A stretch of 64,000 bases of DNA, taken from the NCBI GenBank assembly GCA_964016885.1, contig OZ024742.1:359352001-359416000 (forward strand), in the 5' to 3' direction. Shown here piece by piece: positions 12,966 through 24,605 of this stretch. The DNA is from Eledone cirrhosa (Eukaryota). The notes under the pieces were generated by a model. It ran no database searches. It saw nothing but the letters and a program-made list of their open reading frames with translations, and was not told where the DNA came from. The translations under genes were made by a program, and so were the position numbers. The first letter of the stretch is position 1. Every line of letters starts with the position of its first letter.

Positions 12966-13166
12966 AATTCAATATAGAAATGGCTTCTAGAGGACTAGAA
13001 CTATTTAATTAGAAGGAAATCATCAGGGCTTTCCTGATGATTTCCTTCGAGTGACACAGTTCTCGTTCTGTAGAAGCCATTTCTATATCAAATTACATGT
13101 TTACACCCTACTAATGTGTTAAGTACCTTACTTACTGTGGATAGTCCCCATTGAACCCGTGACTCA
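12966..13166 (+). mobile_element. (TA)n-flanked palindromic element with a degenerate hammerhead ribozyme
   Basis: Inverted arms 12972-13027 and 13033-13088; CTGATGA at 13034, GACAC in place of GAAAC, stem III acag/ctgt, GUA triplet, stem I ggct(t)tc/gaagcc; tail homologous to 18283-18390 (minus). Confidence 0.6.
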
Positions 13167-13360
13167 TGTATATATACACACATATATATATATATATATC
13201 ACATAAGAAACGGAGAATCAATGGTGCGACGAATTAGAATTTATTAGACATATTACAATCGTTTCTCTGGCGACCAACTCGAGTAACAGCATCGAGTGCT
13301 CAAACGGCCTACCGCATACGGACGCTTTTAACCATCCCACACCAAATATATGTATATATC

Positions 13361-13750
13361 CAATATATTAATAAATGGAAACTATATTTATAAAACCATA
13401 TTTATTTTATTATATATATTTCAAGGGCAACTTTTCGGACACTCATTTGCATACTCACTCATAACTTTGTATCACCCTCAATAAAATATTATCTCCACTA
13501 TCCAGGAAGCTCCAACCATTAATGTTGTCTTTTTTTCCGGGTATGTCAATATTTATTTATAAAACAAATCTGTATTTTATCTGATGAAAGCGCACCATAA
13601 TTTGCCTTGGTTGCCCTTGAAATATATATAATAAAATAAATATGATTTTATAAATATAGTTTCCATTTATTAATATATTGTGTATTTACTCCACTAAATT
13701 GTTCAGTGCTTTATATCAGTTATAAAAATGTTTAAGCTTGTTGAATCCCA
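13361..13750 (+). mobile_element. HHR-bearing element with a 5' partial inverted copy (Penelope pseudo-LTR-like)
   Basis: 13361-13431 is the reverse complement of 13610-13680 (one mismatch seen); ends near (TA)n at 13773. Confidence 0.6.
13573..13638 (+). ncRNA. Type I hammerhead ribozyme, minimal stem III
   Basis: Stem I tattttat/ataaaata (8 bp); CTGATGA at 13581; stem II aag(c)gcacca/tgg(t)tgc(c)ctt; GAAA at 13619; palindromic stem III atatatat; AUA cleavage triplet. Confidence 0.75.
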
Positions 13751-13769
13751 ACAAATTAAATATAACCTC

Positions 13770-13840
<71 letters not shown>

Positions 13841-13867
13841 ATGTGTGTGTGTGTGTGTGTATATATA

Positions 13868-13931
<64 letters not shown>

Positions 13932-15382
13932 CGTGTGTGTATCGTAATTCCTGATAGAATTGTCGGCACGCTGTCCTGCTGTGGTTCACATTTTAAACCT
14001 GGTGAAGCTCATCCCTCACCATGTTTGAACATGAAAGACAAAGAGAGGATGAATGATAGAAAGAGAGGAAGTGAGGAAAGTTATAAAGAGAAATAGATTC
14101 AGTTTAAACTACCATTCCTTGAAAGAGTGTATTCAGAGCAGAGAGAACCAGAACGTATAGCGTGAAGCATTATATCTGACGTTCTAATGACTCTGCCAGT
14201 TCACCACTTACATATATACATGATGGCTGCCCCTTCGTTATCGAGGACGGCCATTGCACGATATACCATTATTAATAATTATCAATTAATGCTATCGTGC
14301 AATACCTGTGCGTGAAGATTTTTTTAAGTGAGAAAAGACTGTGCACTGAGCCAATCCCACTCTCTGAGCGACACTAGCTATAACCCGAAAAGAAGAAAAG
14401 ATCAACATTATCGGTAACTACTGAGCCGCAGGTTTTATGTCGGAGTTATCCCAGTTTGCTGAGTTGCCTTCTCCTTGAAGAATGCCCTGACAAAGGCTAG
14501 GGGTCATTCACATACATACATACATACACGCACAGACATACACACAAAAACACATACATACATACACACAGACGAACACACAAACACACATACACATACG
14601 TTGCTGACACATCCACACATTTATATATACATATGTTATGTTTATATATATATATGTATACGTGTGTTTGATAAATACTTTTGGAGTTTGTGAAATCGGT
14701 GTCCATTTTCTCAGGTTGTTGTGATCAGTCGCAAGATTCGACGACATTGAAATATTTCTTTGGTTGCCTGAAGGGTAATAATTTCAAGAGACTTATTTTG
14801 CTAGCTAAAATTGGTCAGATATTTCACGAAAAGAACAGACATTGATGGAATCGAACTACTTGGTAACTATAGACTGGTTTCTTGCATAAGGAATCAACGA
14901 GCCTGGAGCAGAAATCGTTGAAAAAGAATAGTAATTTGTTCATAAATAGGTAAGTAAATATGGTTCCGCATATCTTCGGGATAATTACAATTCTTTCGAT
15001 TATGTTCCTGTAATGAAAATCACATCTTTTGCAGAAAAACAGATAAACAAACATAAAAGGAAAAGTTGAACAAGAACAATAGAAGAGTAGAAGACAAAGA
15101 AAACGACAGAAGGTGGAAGAAAAAACAAATAAAATAAAGTGTTGGCAGTGGAAGAAAAGAATACAAACAAGAAGACAAATAAATATCAATGAAAAACAAC
15201 AAAAGAAAAACGAAAATAAAGAAATGTTGATATTTGGCTTGTTTCTGAGACAATCTGGGATATTGAAGAGTAAGATATACGAAAATATTGATTTTTAGGC
15301 TGTTTTGTGAAGAGTGATTCTGGGTTCGTTTCCCGCATTTGTCTGATTCACGACTTTTATATAGTTAACGTTCAGAGAATAA

Positions 15383-15955
15383 TAATTGTTTCTACATTTG
15401 GCACAAGGCCAGCAATTATTCCAGTGCATTACTGGTACTTTATTTTATCGACCCCGTAAGGATGAAAGGCAAAGTTAACCTCGGCGGGATTTGAACTCAG
15501 AACGTAAAGGGCCATAACTCTATACTGTAAAGCATGGTGTCTGACGCTCTACCGATACTGCCAATTCACCTCTAATTTAGGCACAAGGCCATTACTGGTA
15601 CTTTATTTTATCGACTCCGTAAGCATGAAAGGCAAAGCTAACCTCGGCGGGATTTGAACTCAGATCGTAAAGGGGCGTAATCCTAAGCCATAGGACAGGT
15701 TGTCTGATGCTCTACCGATACTGCCAATCCACCAAACTAAATTGTTTCTGATTCTGGCACAATGCCGGCAAATATGAGGGGAGGGGGAGTCGATTAAATC
15801 GATCCCAGTGCATTACTGGTACTTTATTTTATCGACCCTGAAAGGATGAAAGGCGAAGCTAATCTTGCCTGGATTAGATCTCAAAATGTAAAATGTCGTA
15901 TCTCAATGCCACAGAGTATGTTGTCCGACTCTCTACCGATACTGCCAATCTACCA
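15383..15955 (-). mobile_element. Three tandem SINE copies (dominant family)
   Basis: Copies at about 15383-15570, 15575-15732 and 15740-15955. Confidence 0.9.
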
Positions 15956-16009
15956 TCTTTTTTTACAGAATAACAATGAACGCCATATATATCATTTCAC
16001 TCATATGTA

Positions 16010-17822
16010 AATCTATATGTTCACCACATCTGGCTATATAAATATATGTGTTCACCACACCTGGCTATATAAATCTATATGTTCACCACACCTGGCTATA
16101 TAAATCTATGTGTTCACCACACCTGGCTATATAAATCTATGTGTTCACCACACCTGGCTATATAAATCTATGTGTTCACCACACCTGGCTATATAAATCT
16201 ATGTGTTCACCACATCTGGCAATATAAATATATGTGTTAACCACACCCAGCTATATAAATATATATGTTCACCACACCTGGCTATATAAATCCATGTGTT
16301 CACCACACCTGGCTATATAAATCCTTGTGTTCACCACACCTGGCTATATAAATCTATGTGTTCACCACATCTGGCTATATAAATATATGTGTTCACCACA
16401 TCTGGCCATATAAGTCTGTATGTTCACCACATCTGGCTATATAAATCTATGTGTTCACCACACCTGACTATATAAATCGATGTGTTCACCACACCTGACT
16501 ATATAAATCGATGTGTTCACCACACCTGACTATATAAATCGATGTGTTCACCACACCTGGCTATATAAATCTATATGTTCACCACACCTGACTATATAAA
16601 TCGATGTGTTCACCACACCTGGCTATATAAATCTATGTGTTCACCACACCTGGCTATATAAATCTATATGTTCACCACACCTGGCTATATAAATCTATGT
16701 GTTCACCACACCTGGCTATATAAATCTATGTGTTCACCACACCTGGCTATATAAATCTATATGTTCACCACACTTGGCTATATAAATCTATGTGTTCACC
16801 ACACCTGGCTATATAAATCTATGTGTTTACCACATCTGGCTATATAAATCTGTGTTCACCACATCTGGCCATATAAGTCTGTATGTTCACCACACCTGGC
16901 TATATAAATCTATGTGTTCACCACACCTGGCTATATAAATCTATGTGTTTACCACACCTGGCTATATAAATCTGTGTTCACCACATCTGGCCATATAAGT
17001 CTGTATGTTCACCACACCTGGCTATATAAATCTATGTGTTCACCACATCTGGCTATATAAATCGATGTGTTCACCACATCTGGCTATATAAGTCTGTATG
17101 TTCACCACACCTGGCTATATAAATCTATGTGTTCACCACACCTGGCTATATAAATCTATGTGTTCACCACATCTGGCAATATAAATCTATATGTTCACCA
17201 CACCTGGCTATATAAATCCATGTGTTCACCACACCTGGCTATATAAATCCATGTGTTCACCACACCTGGCTATATAAATCTATGTGTTCACCACATCTGG
17301 CTATATAAATCTATGTGTTCACCACACCTGGCTATATAAATCCATGTGTTCACCACACCTGGCTATATAAATCTATGTGTTCACCACATCTGGCTATATA
17401 AATCTATGTGTTCACCACACCTGGCTATATAAATCTGTGTTCACCACATCTGGCCATATAAATCTGTATGTTCACCACACCTGGCTATATAAATCTATGT
17501 GTTCACCACATCTGGCTATATAAATATATACGTGTTCACCACACCTGGCTATATAAATCTATGTGTTCACCACACCTGGCTATATAAATATATGTGTTCA
17601 CCACACCTGGCTATATAAATCTATATGTTCACCACACCTGGCTATATAAATATATGTGTTCACCACACCTGGCTATATAAATCCATGTGTTCACCACATC
17701 CGGCCATATAAGTCTGTATGTTCACCACTTCTGGCCATATAAATCTATGTGTTCACCACATCTGGCCATACAAATCTATATGTCCACACCTGGCTATATA
17801 AATCTCTGAGTCCACACCTGGC
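16010..17822. repeat. 31-bp minisatellite TGTGTTCACCACACCTGGCTATATAAATCTA (roughly 58 copies)
   Basis: Continuous periodicity; recurring variant catctggccatataagtctgta. Confidence 0.97.
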
Positions 17823-18153
17823 TTAGTGTTCACATCTGTTCAAATCTCTGTGTTCCCATCTGTTATAGTGACCCACAATAAACGGTGTGTAGCCACTACA
17901 GAAAGGTAAATTGACAAACCACGGGTCATCCACAATTATACTGGCAACAGCTTTAATTTATATAACAAATGTTTAACTAACGAACTAATATTTCCATCCT
18001 ATTAAATCTCCCATCTATATCAACATGAAGATAATTGAATTTAAAGATAACCATTTATGCAGCATGGTGGTACATATTTCAGAGCATACATAACCTGGTG
18101 GTACATATTTCAGAGCACACATAAAGTTAAGCAAGCATTCTTACAAGTGTACA

Positions 18154-18270
<117 letters not shown>

Positions 18271-18282
18271 GTGTATGTGTGT

Positions 18283-18390
18283 GAGTCGCGGGTTCAATCG
18301 GGGGTAAACACAGTAAGTAAAGTACTCAATAGATTAGTAGAGTGTATACAACAACTTTAATACAGAAATGGCTTCAACAGGACTATCGAA
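18283..18390 (-). mobile_element. 3' fragment of the 12966-13166 element family
   Basis: Reverse complement gaagccatttctgtatt...actctactaat...gagtactttacttactgtg...ttgaacccgcgactc aligns with 13073-13165; abuts a (TG)n tract. Confidence 0.7.
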
Positions 18391-18435
18391 CCAACCAACC
18401 GGAAATTTATGTTAAATTTAAAATGAAACAATATA

Positions 18436-18618
18436 TTTTTTCTACTTTTGGCACAAGGCCAGCAATTATGCCAGTGTATTACTGGTACTTTATTTTATTG
18501 ACCCGTAAGGATGAAAGGCAAAGTTAACCTCGGTGGGATTTGAACTCAGACCATAAAGGGCAGTAACTCTTTGTTGCAAAGAGTTAGGTCCGACCCTCTA
18601 CCGATACTGTCAATCCGC
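18436..18618 (-). mobile_element. tRNA-derived SINE (dominant family)
   Basis: Head, core and tail all present. Confidence 0.9.
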
Positions 18619-18622
18619 TCCC

Positions 18623-18705
<83 letters not shown>

Positions 18706-18746
18706 ATGTATATAAGTATGTATATTTTCTTTTCTCTCTTCCTCTC

Positions 18747-18804
<58 letters not shown>

Positions 18805-18805
18805 T

Positions 18806-18866
<61 letters not shown>

Positions 18867-18870
<4 letters not shown>

Positions 18871-19464
18871 ACGTACGTCCACACCACGTATAAACACAAA
18901 CACACAGGTGCGTATCCCCACATAGACACACACTCAGCCCTCCTGAATCCACACACCCCTCCCCCACCCCTCTGACCACTCTCCATCCACACGTGCTCAC
19001 ACACCGGTTCCCCTTTTCCTGAACATGGGACCTCCTTCTTCCCCCAACTCTCACATTCACATACACAAGCACTCACACAGACACGTACACCTACACACAT
19101 ATACAAACACCACCTTCCGCCCTCCCCGCTCGCATCCCCCGCCTCCCTCTTCCAACTCCACCCGCCACACCACCCCTACACGCCTCATATCCTTCCACCA
19201 CTTGTTTATTTTTATGTTTATTTTTATGTTTATTTTTGTTTTCATTTGTACTTCTAAAATCGTTTTTCCTCCCTTTTCTCCTTCCCCCTTTTTTCTAAGT
19301 ATCTTTCCCCCACTCCCCCACACACCCTCGGAACTCTCTTCCTACCCAGTTTTCTCCTGATGAAGGGCTTATGCCCGAACGTCTTCCCCACCCCACTCTC
19401 AAAAGCGTGAACCTAATAAACTCATATTTGTACTGCCTCTCTCTTTTTGTCCCTGTCTAAGATT

Positions 19465-19470
<6 letters not shown>
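18867..19470 (+). mobile_element. (TA)n-flanked element with a degenerate HHR core (Penelope pseudo-LTR-like)
   Basis: CTGATGA-agggcttatgccc-GAAC-GTC at 19358-19383 (one A missing, stem I not recoverable); AATAAA at 19415; TA tracts on both sides. Confidence 0.55.
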
Positions 19471-19504
<34 letters not shown>

Positions 19505-19506
<2 letters not shown>

Positions 19507-19594
19507 AAAAAGTATGACCCCAACGGCAGAGCTCAAGCCGTTTCGACGGCTATTTCTGGAAATATTTCCCACTCTACTACCCACTCTATTTCCC
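19505..19594 (+). mobile_element. Internally deleted copy of the fold-back palindrome family
   Basis: Left arm almost identical to 48079-48133, joined directly to the tail tatttcccactctactaccc; right arm absent. Confidence 0.8.
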
Positions 19595-19609
19595 ATATAT
19601 ATATATATT

Positions 19610-19683
<74 letters not shown>

Positions 19684-19747
19684 CGTAAGATAAGAAAATT
19701 ATAAAATTATAAAAAAATTATAAAATTGACTTACTTACTAAAATATC

Positions 19748-19829
19748 ACTTCCAACTAATTAGTTTCTGGTATGGAGTAAATATATTTTCCGAAGAATAT
19801 ATTAAAAAGCATTCCGTCGTCAGGAAAGT
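19748..19829 (-). ncRNA. Type I hammerhead ribozyme (slightly degenerate) in (TA)n-flanked element 19678-20014
   Basis: Minus strand: stem I actttc/ggaagt, CTGACGA, long stem II (cggaatg...aatatatt-cttcgga-aaatatatt...catacca), GAAAC-taatta-GTT. The first stem II pair is a C-A mismatch. Confidence 0.6.
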
Positions 19830-20013
19830 CTCTTTTCATGTAAGTTTCCAGGCATAGCGAGGACTCTGGAAACTTATTAAAAAATAACTCAGTGGAAGGA
19901 AATAGCGAAGCGTGGACTGAAATCCTAGCCATTGAGAAAATCACTGCCTCTACGTCTGTGGCAAATTCAAAAAGAATCAATCACGTGAAATCGAGGTCAA
20001 TCAGTGGAAAGCG

Positions 20014-20053
<40 letters not shown>

Positions 20054-20057
<4 letters not shown>

Positions 20058-20683
20058 CATTTATATCGATACTCGGAATTTTTCATAGAGTGCTTAAAAT
20101 TATTTGTGACTAATCCCGTTTTTTTATTTTAAAAACCACGATAATATTGCTTTACGCTGAACTCAATATATTTCGTTGAGTTTTTTTCGGAATATTTTGA
20201 CTGCTGTTTCTTGTAAACAGTCATTCGTCTCATTCTGACGTCACTAGCCCTGTTCCCCATGTGTGTTTATTATCTTAATTCCACACCAGGTGTAACTAGC
20301 CTGCTTTAAAATTCCCTTTTGGTATATTTTAGCAGTGAGGTTTGATTATCGTGTTCAGCTCTACTGATGAACGGTCCAACGGTGACTAACCCTACTGAAA
20401 AGTTTCGTGAAATAGTCTTTTTAAGATTATATAGAGCATTTGTAGATTTTTCCAAATTGAAGGAAAAGTATTTCCTCTTAATTTTATTATGAGTTAAGAT
20501 TCTATTGGTTTTTTCCCTGGATTACACAAAATCTGTGGATAAAATTTCAGTCTTGACTGTTTTTGAATTCAGATTGAATTATTTTCCCATATCTTACGTT
20601 AAATATTTTCCATCTTGACGTAATAGTCACTTATATGTATGAATTAATGTTGGCTTCTTGCTCACATTAATTTCTCTATTTTC

Positions 20684-20687
<4 letters not shown>
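20054..20687 (+). mobile_element. ~630-bp HHR-bearing non-coding element, left arm of a large inverted pair
   Basis: Reverse complement of 20756-21385 with a few substitutions and small indels; (TA)n on both sides. Confidence 0.85.
20358..20437 (+). ncRNA. Type I hammerhead ribozyme, complete core
   Basis: Stem I gctcta/tagagc; CTGATGA at 20364-20370; stem II acgg/tcgt; GAAA at 20409; stem III atagtctt/aagattat (8 bp, one G-U); AUA triplet ending at 20431. Confidence 0.8.
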
Positions 20688-20755
<68 letters not shown>

Positions 20756-20759
<4 letters not shown>

Positions 20760-21377
20760 GAAAGTAGAGAAATTAATGTGAGCAAGAAGCCAACATTAAT
20801 TCATACATATAAGTGACTATTACGTCAAGATGGAAAATATTTAACGTAAGATATGGGAAAATAATTCAATCTGAATTCAAAAAAAGTCAAGACTGAAATT
20901 TTATCCACAGATTTTGTGTAATCCAGGGAAAAAACCAATAGAATCTTAACTCATAATAATAGTAAGAGTAAATACTTATCCTTCAATTTGGAAAAATCTA
21001 CAAATGCTCTATATAATCTTAAAAAGACTATTTCACGAAACTTTTCAGTAGAGTTAGTCACCGTTGGACCGTTCATCAGTAGAGCTGAACACGATAACCA
21101 AACCTCACTGCTAAAAGGGAATTTTAAAGCAGGCTAGTTACACTTGGTGTGGAATTAAGATAATAAACACACATGGGGAACAGGGCTAGTGACGTCAGAA
21201 TGAGACGAATGACTGTTTACAAGAAACAGCAGTCAAAACATTCCGAAAAAAACTCAACAAAATATATTGAGTTCAGCGTAAAGCAATATTATCGCGGTTT
21301 TTAAAATAAAAAAAACCGGATTAGTCACAAATAATTTTAAGCACTCTATGAAAAATTCCGAGTATCGATATAAATGA

Positions 21378-21385
<8 letters not shown>
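20756..21385 (-). mobile_element. ~630-bp HHR-bearing element, right arm of the inverted pair
   Basis: Reverse complement of 20054-20687. Confidence 0.85.
21006..21085 (-). ncRNA. Type I hammerhead ribozyme (mirror copy of 20358-20437)
   Basis: Same stems and core; the one difference seen lies in the stem II loop (ccct versus ctct). Confidence 0.8.
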
Positions 21386-21460
<75 letters not shown>

Positions 21461-22064
21461 TATATATATATATATATCTGTTATTTTAATAAATATTTAT
21501 ATATATATATATATTTAAACACTCCAGTCCTTCGTATGTATTAGCAACAATGGATATCAAATAATATACTGCACCAATAGCAACAGTTGCCATAAAAATA
21601 ATACAACTACAACAACAACAAAACCAATGAGACGCTGATTACAAATTTTAAGGTATAAAAGTATAAAATTAATTTGTGAAGCTGCCAAACATGTGATTTT
21701 CTAGTTTGGTTGGTTCCAATTGGCCGAGATCGGAACAATTAAACAATTGAAAATTAAGTCATTTCATTATCCAGCCAAACTTCTTTAACTTAAATTTATT
21801 TGTTCCATTTTTGTTGTTATTACTTTCTGTTTTTTTTTTTGTTTTTTTTTGTTTTTTGTTAGTTTTCGTTTTCTATTTTTAATGGCGAACTTTGCTAAAC
21901 TCCAAAGAGACATCCTAATTAGAGAAGAAAGATAGTGTAAATGCATGAATCTAGTGTAGAATAGAATCACAGCTAGAGTTGGTGGGTTCGGGGGGTGTAA
22001 GGTTAGTAGCTTACGGCTTCGGTATTGATTTGTGGGTTCAAATACTATCGTTGATACAACATCC

Positions 22065-22331
22065 TTTTAACCCTTCTGATACAAACTCATCAGAATACTC
22101 CCTTGGTTTTCTGATACCAAAACAATGTCCCTCATAATTCCATTATGTGTTCATAGTAAAACCTTATAACATAATTTAATCCTAAGAATTTTTGTTGCAT
22201 TCCAAAGATTAGTTGCGAAAAAGTTATTTAATAAATTCCTTAAATTATTCTATTAATTCTAAAATCAATTAAAACTTATTCATAGGCAGTATATTTCACA
22301 GGAAATTAGAAATATAGTAACGAAAGTGTTA
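22065..22331. mobile_element. Possible piggyBac-type MITE
   Basis: Begins TTAA-CCCTTCTGATAC and ends GTAACGAAAGTG-TTAG, an imperfect inverted match. Confidence 0.4.
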
Positions 22332-22519
22332 GGTGATAGTAAGAAGTAAAAGCCCTATAAGTTTATTTAACTTTACCCTAAATAAATAGCATATTATTGC
22401 TTCAGTTCACCACTATAACGTTATAACGAGTGAAGAAAACCTTTCCAATGATTAGTTACAAAGGCTTAAGCACACCTAACAACTACTTCCATTATTGATA
22501 CCAGACTAGGGTGGGGCAT

Positions 22520-23283
22520 AGTAGTAACCAGTAGAGCGTCAGACACCATGCTTCGCTGTATAGAGTTACGGCCCTTTACGTATTGACTAGAAATCCCGCC
22601 GATGTTAGCTTTGTTTTTCATCGGGGTCGATAAAAATAAAGTACCTGTAATGCACTGAGATCAATTTAATCGACTTTGTTGGCCTTGTGCCAAAATCAGA
22701 GACTCTTATGGGCAGAATCGGTAGAGCGTCCGACAAAATACTTTGCAGCTTTAATTACGGCGTGCTTTCACGTTCTAGATTCAAAACCCGCCGATGATAG
22801 TTTGCCTTTCGTCCTTACTGGGTGGATAAAATAAAGTACCAGTAACGCACTTAGGTTGATTTAATCGACTTTCCCCTCCTTCAAAATGTTTGGCCTTGTG
22901 GCTAAATCATTAACTGTCATTGATACCAGAATATGGCGGTAGATTGGTAGGATTCTTAGAGATTAGCAGTATGTGGCTCAACTCTTTACCTTCTGAGTTC
23001 AATTCCTGTCGAGGTCAACTTTACCTTTCATCCATCCGACGTCGATAAATTAAAGTACCTGTCAAGGACCTTCTCACAATCTGCCAAAATTAGGAACCAT
23101 TATTTTGGCAGTATCGGTAGAGGGTTGGACGCCATGCTTTCTAGCATAGTTACGTCCCTTTACAGTCTGAGTTCAAATCCCGCTGAGGTTAACTTTGCCT
23201 TTCATCCTTACTGGGTCGATAAAATAAAGTACCAGTAATGTACTGGGTAATTGCTGGCCTTGTGCCTAAAGTAGAAACAATTA
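22520..23283 (+). mobile_element. Four tandem SINE copies of different ages
   Basis: Heads near 22520, 22710, 22935 and 23105; the last is closest to consensus. Confidence 0.85.
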
Positions 23284-23949
23284 TTTTCATACTGTACCGA
23301 GTACCGTTGTTAATAATGGAGATCGTGACCTCATCGCATATAACTGAGATTATTGAAGATTCTCTGTATGCGCATGCGTATTCATGTGCGCGTTTGTAGG
23401 AAGTTGATTATTGAGTTCTTATGTTACTTTGTAAAGATCTAACTTTTATTTTAGTTCAGTTGTCATTTTATTTAAGTTTAGATGGCCAGAGTGCTGCTAA
23501 TCATGTCGACATTGCCATAAAGAACAATTTCCTGTCGTTCTTCAGTTTAAGGACGCATTGTTAAGATGTTTATTTTGTTTAGTTTTAGATCAATCCCAAA
23601 GCGTCTATCAATTGGTATTACTGTTACATCCATGCAAAATTCTTACTACTTATTTCGAAAGAGTTTTCTATTTTTGTGATTGATATATTCCTGTTTGCTA
23701 GACATAACCTATCAATCATATTAGCTGTATTATTTGTATGGTCTTTTATCATTATAAACGGTCCATCGGTCAAAATATTACTGGCACTGTATAGCGTCAT
23801 GTAACTTACTATTATTACTATATATTTTCAAAAAAACTTTCTTAAGACGGAGTTTGTAATATTTTACAATAATATCCATCTTAAAATATCTCAGAATTCT
23901 CCTGTATAGATATGCAATATACTAACAATCTAAAGTATACTTGCACAAG

Positions 23950-24370
23950 AACATGTATACTTTAATCTATTAGAATGTGGACTAAACTTTCATAAGTTGG
24001 CTCAAATTTATTCTTAAGGAGAGAACGTAAATGCCCGTAAAACCCGCCAGGGACTGTGGTATTTGTGCTGGTCGTAAACAAGACGATAGACTAAGTCTAC
24101 TATCAATGTAAGCAACGGACAGGATCCAATCTCAAAACACAAAGAACCCGGGATAAAAACATGTACACTTTAACTGTTTGTATATGGACAATAGTTTCCT
24201 AAACTTCATCAAATTTATTCTTAAATTTCCTTCAAGGAGAGACCGCCAAAGCCCATATCACCCCTCAGAGCTTCCGAGATTTGTGTTGAACTTAAACAAG
24301 ACGATGGACTAAACTTACTCCTCAAATAAACCACGGACAGGATCTAAGCTCAAAACGCAAAGAGCCTCGA
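23950..24370. repeat. Old diverged tandem duplication, unit about 210 bp
   Basis: Collinear anchors acatgta(t/c)actttaa (23951/24159), aaggagaga, taaacaagacgat(a/g)gactaa, acggacaggatc, ctcaaaac(a/g)caaaga. Confidence 0.8.
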
Positions 24371-24605
24371 AAGAGATATCGCAACGTATTTTGTCCGACG
24401 CACTAACTATACTTCCGTGACTGATACTTTATTGTATCGACCCTGAAGGAATGGAGGGAAAAGTAGACTTAGAAGATATTTGAATTCTGAGTGAAGTAAC
24501 CTGGAACAAATATCACAAGAAAGGCATTTGATGTGTCACCCTAACGACTATGACATCTTAACATGATTAACATATTAAGGACACGTAACTCCTAATGAAG
24601 TAGTA

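Noticed and set aside
14705-14956. Possible host exon (ttttctcag acceptor, gtaagt donor)
   Set aside because: All three plus frames contain stops; a non-coding exon cannot be supported from sequence alone.
16010-17822. CRISPR-like 31-bp repeat
   Set aside because: Contiguous tandem units with no spacers.
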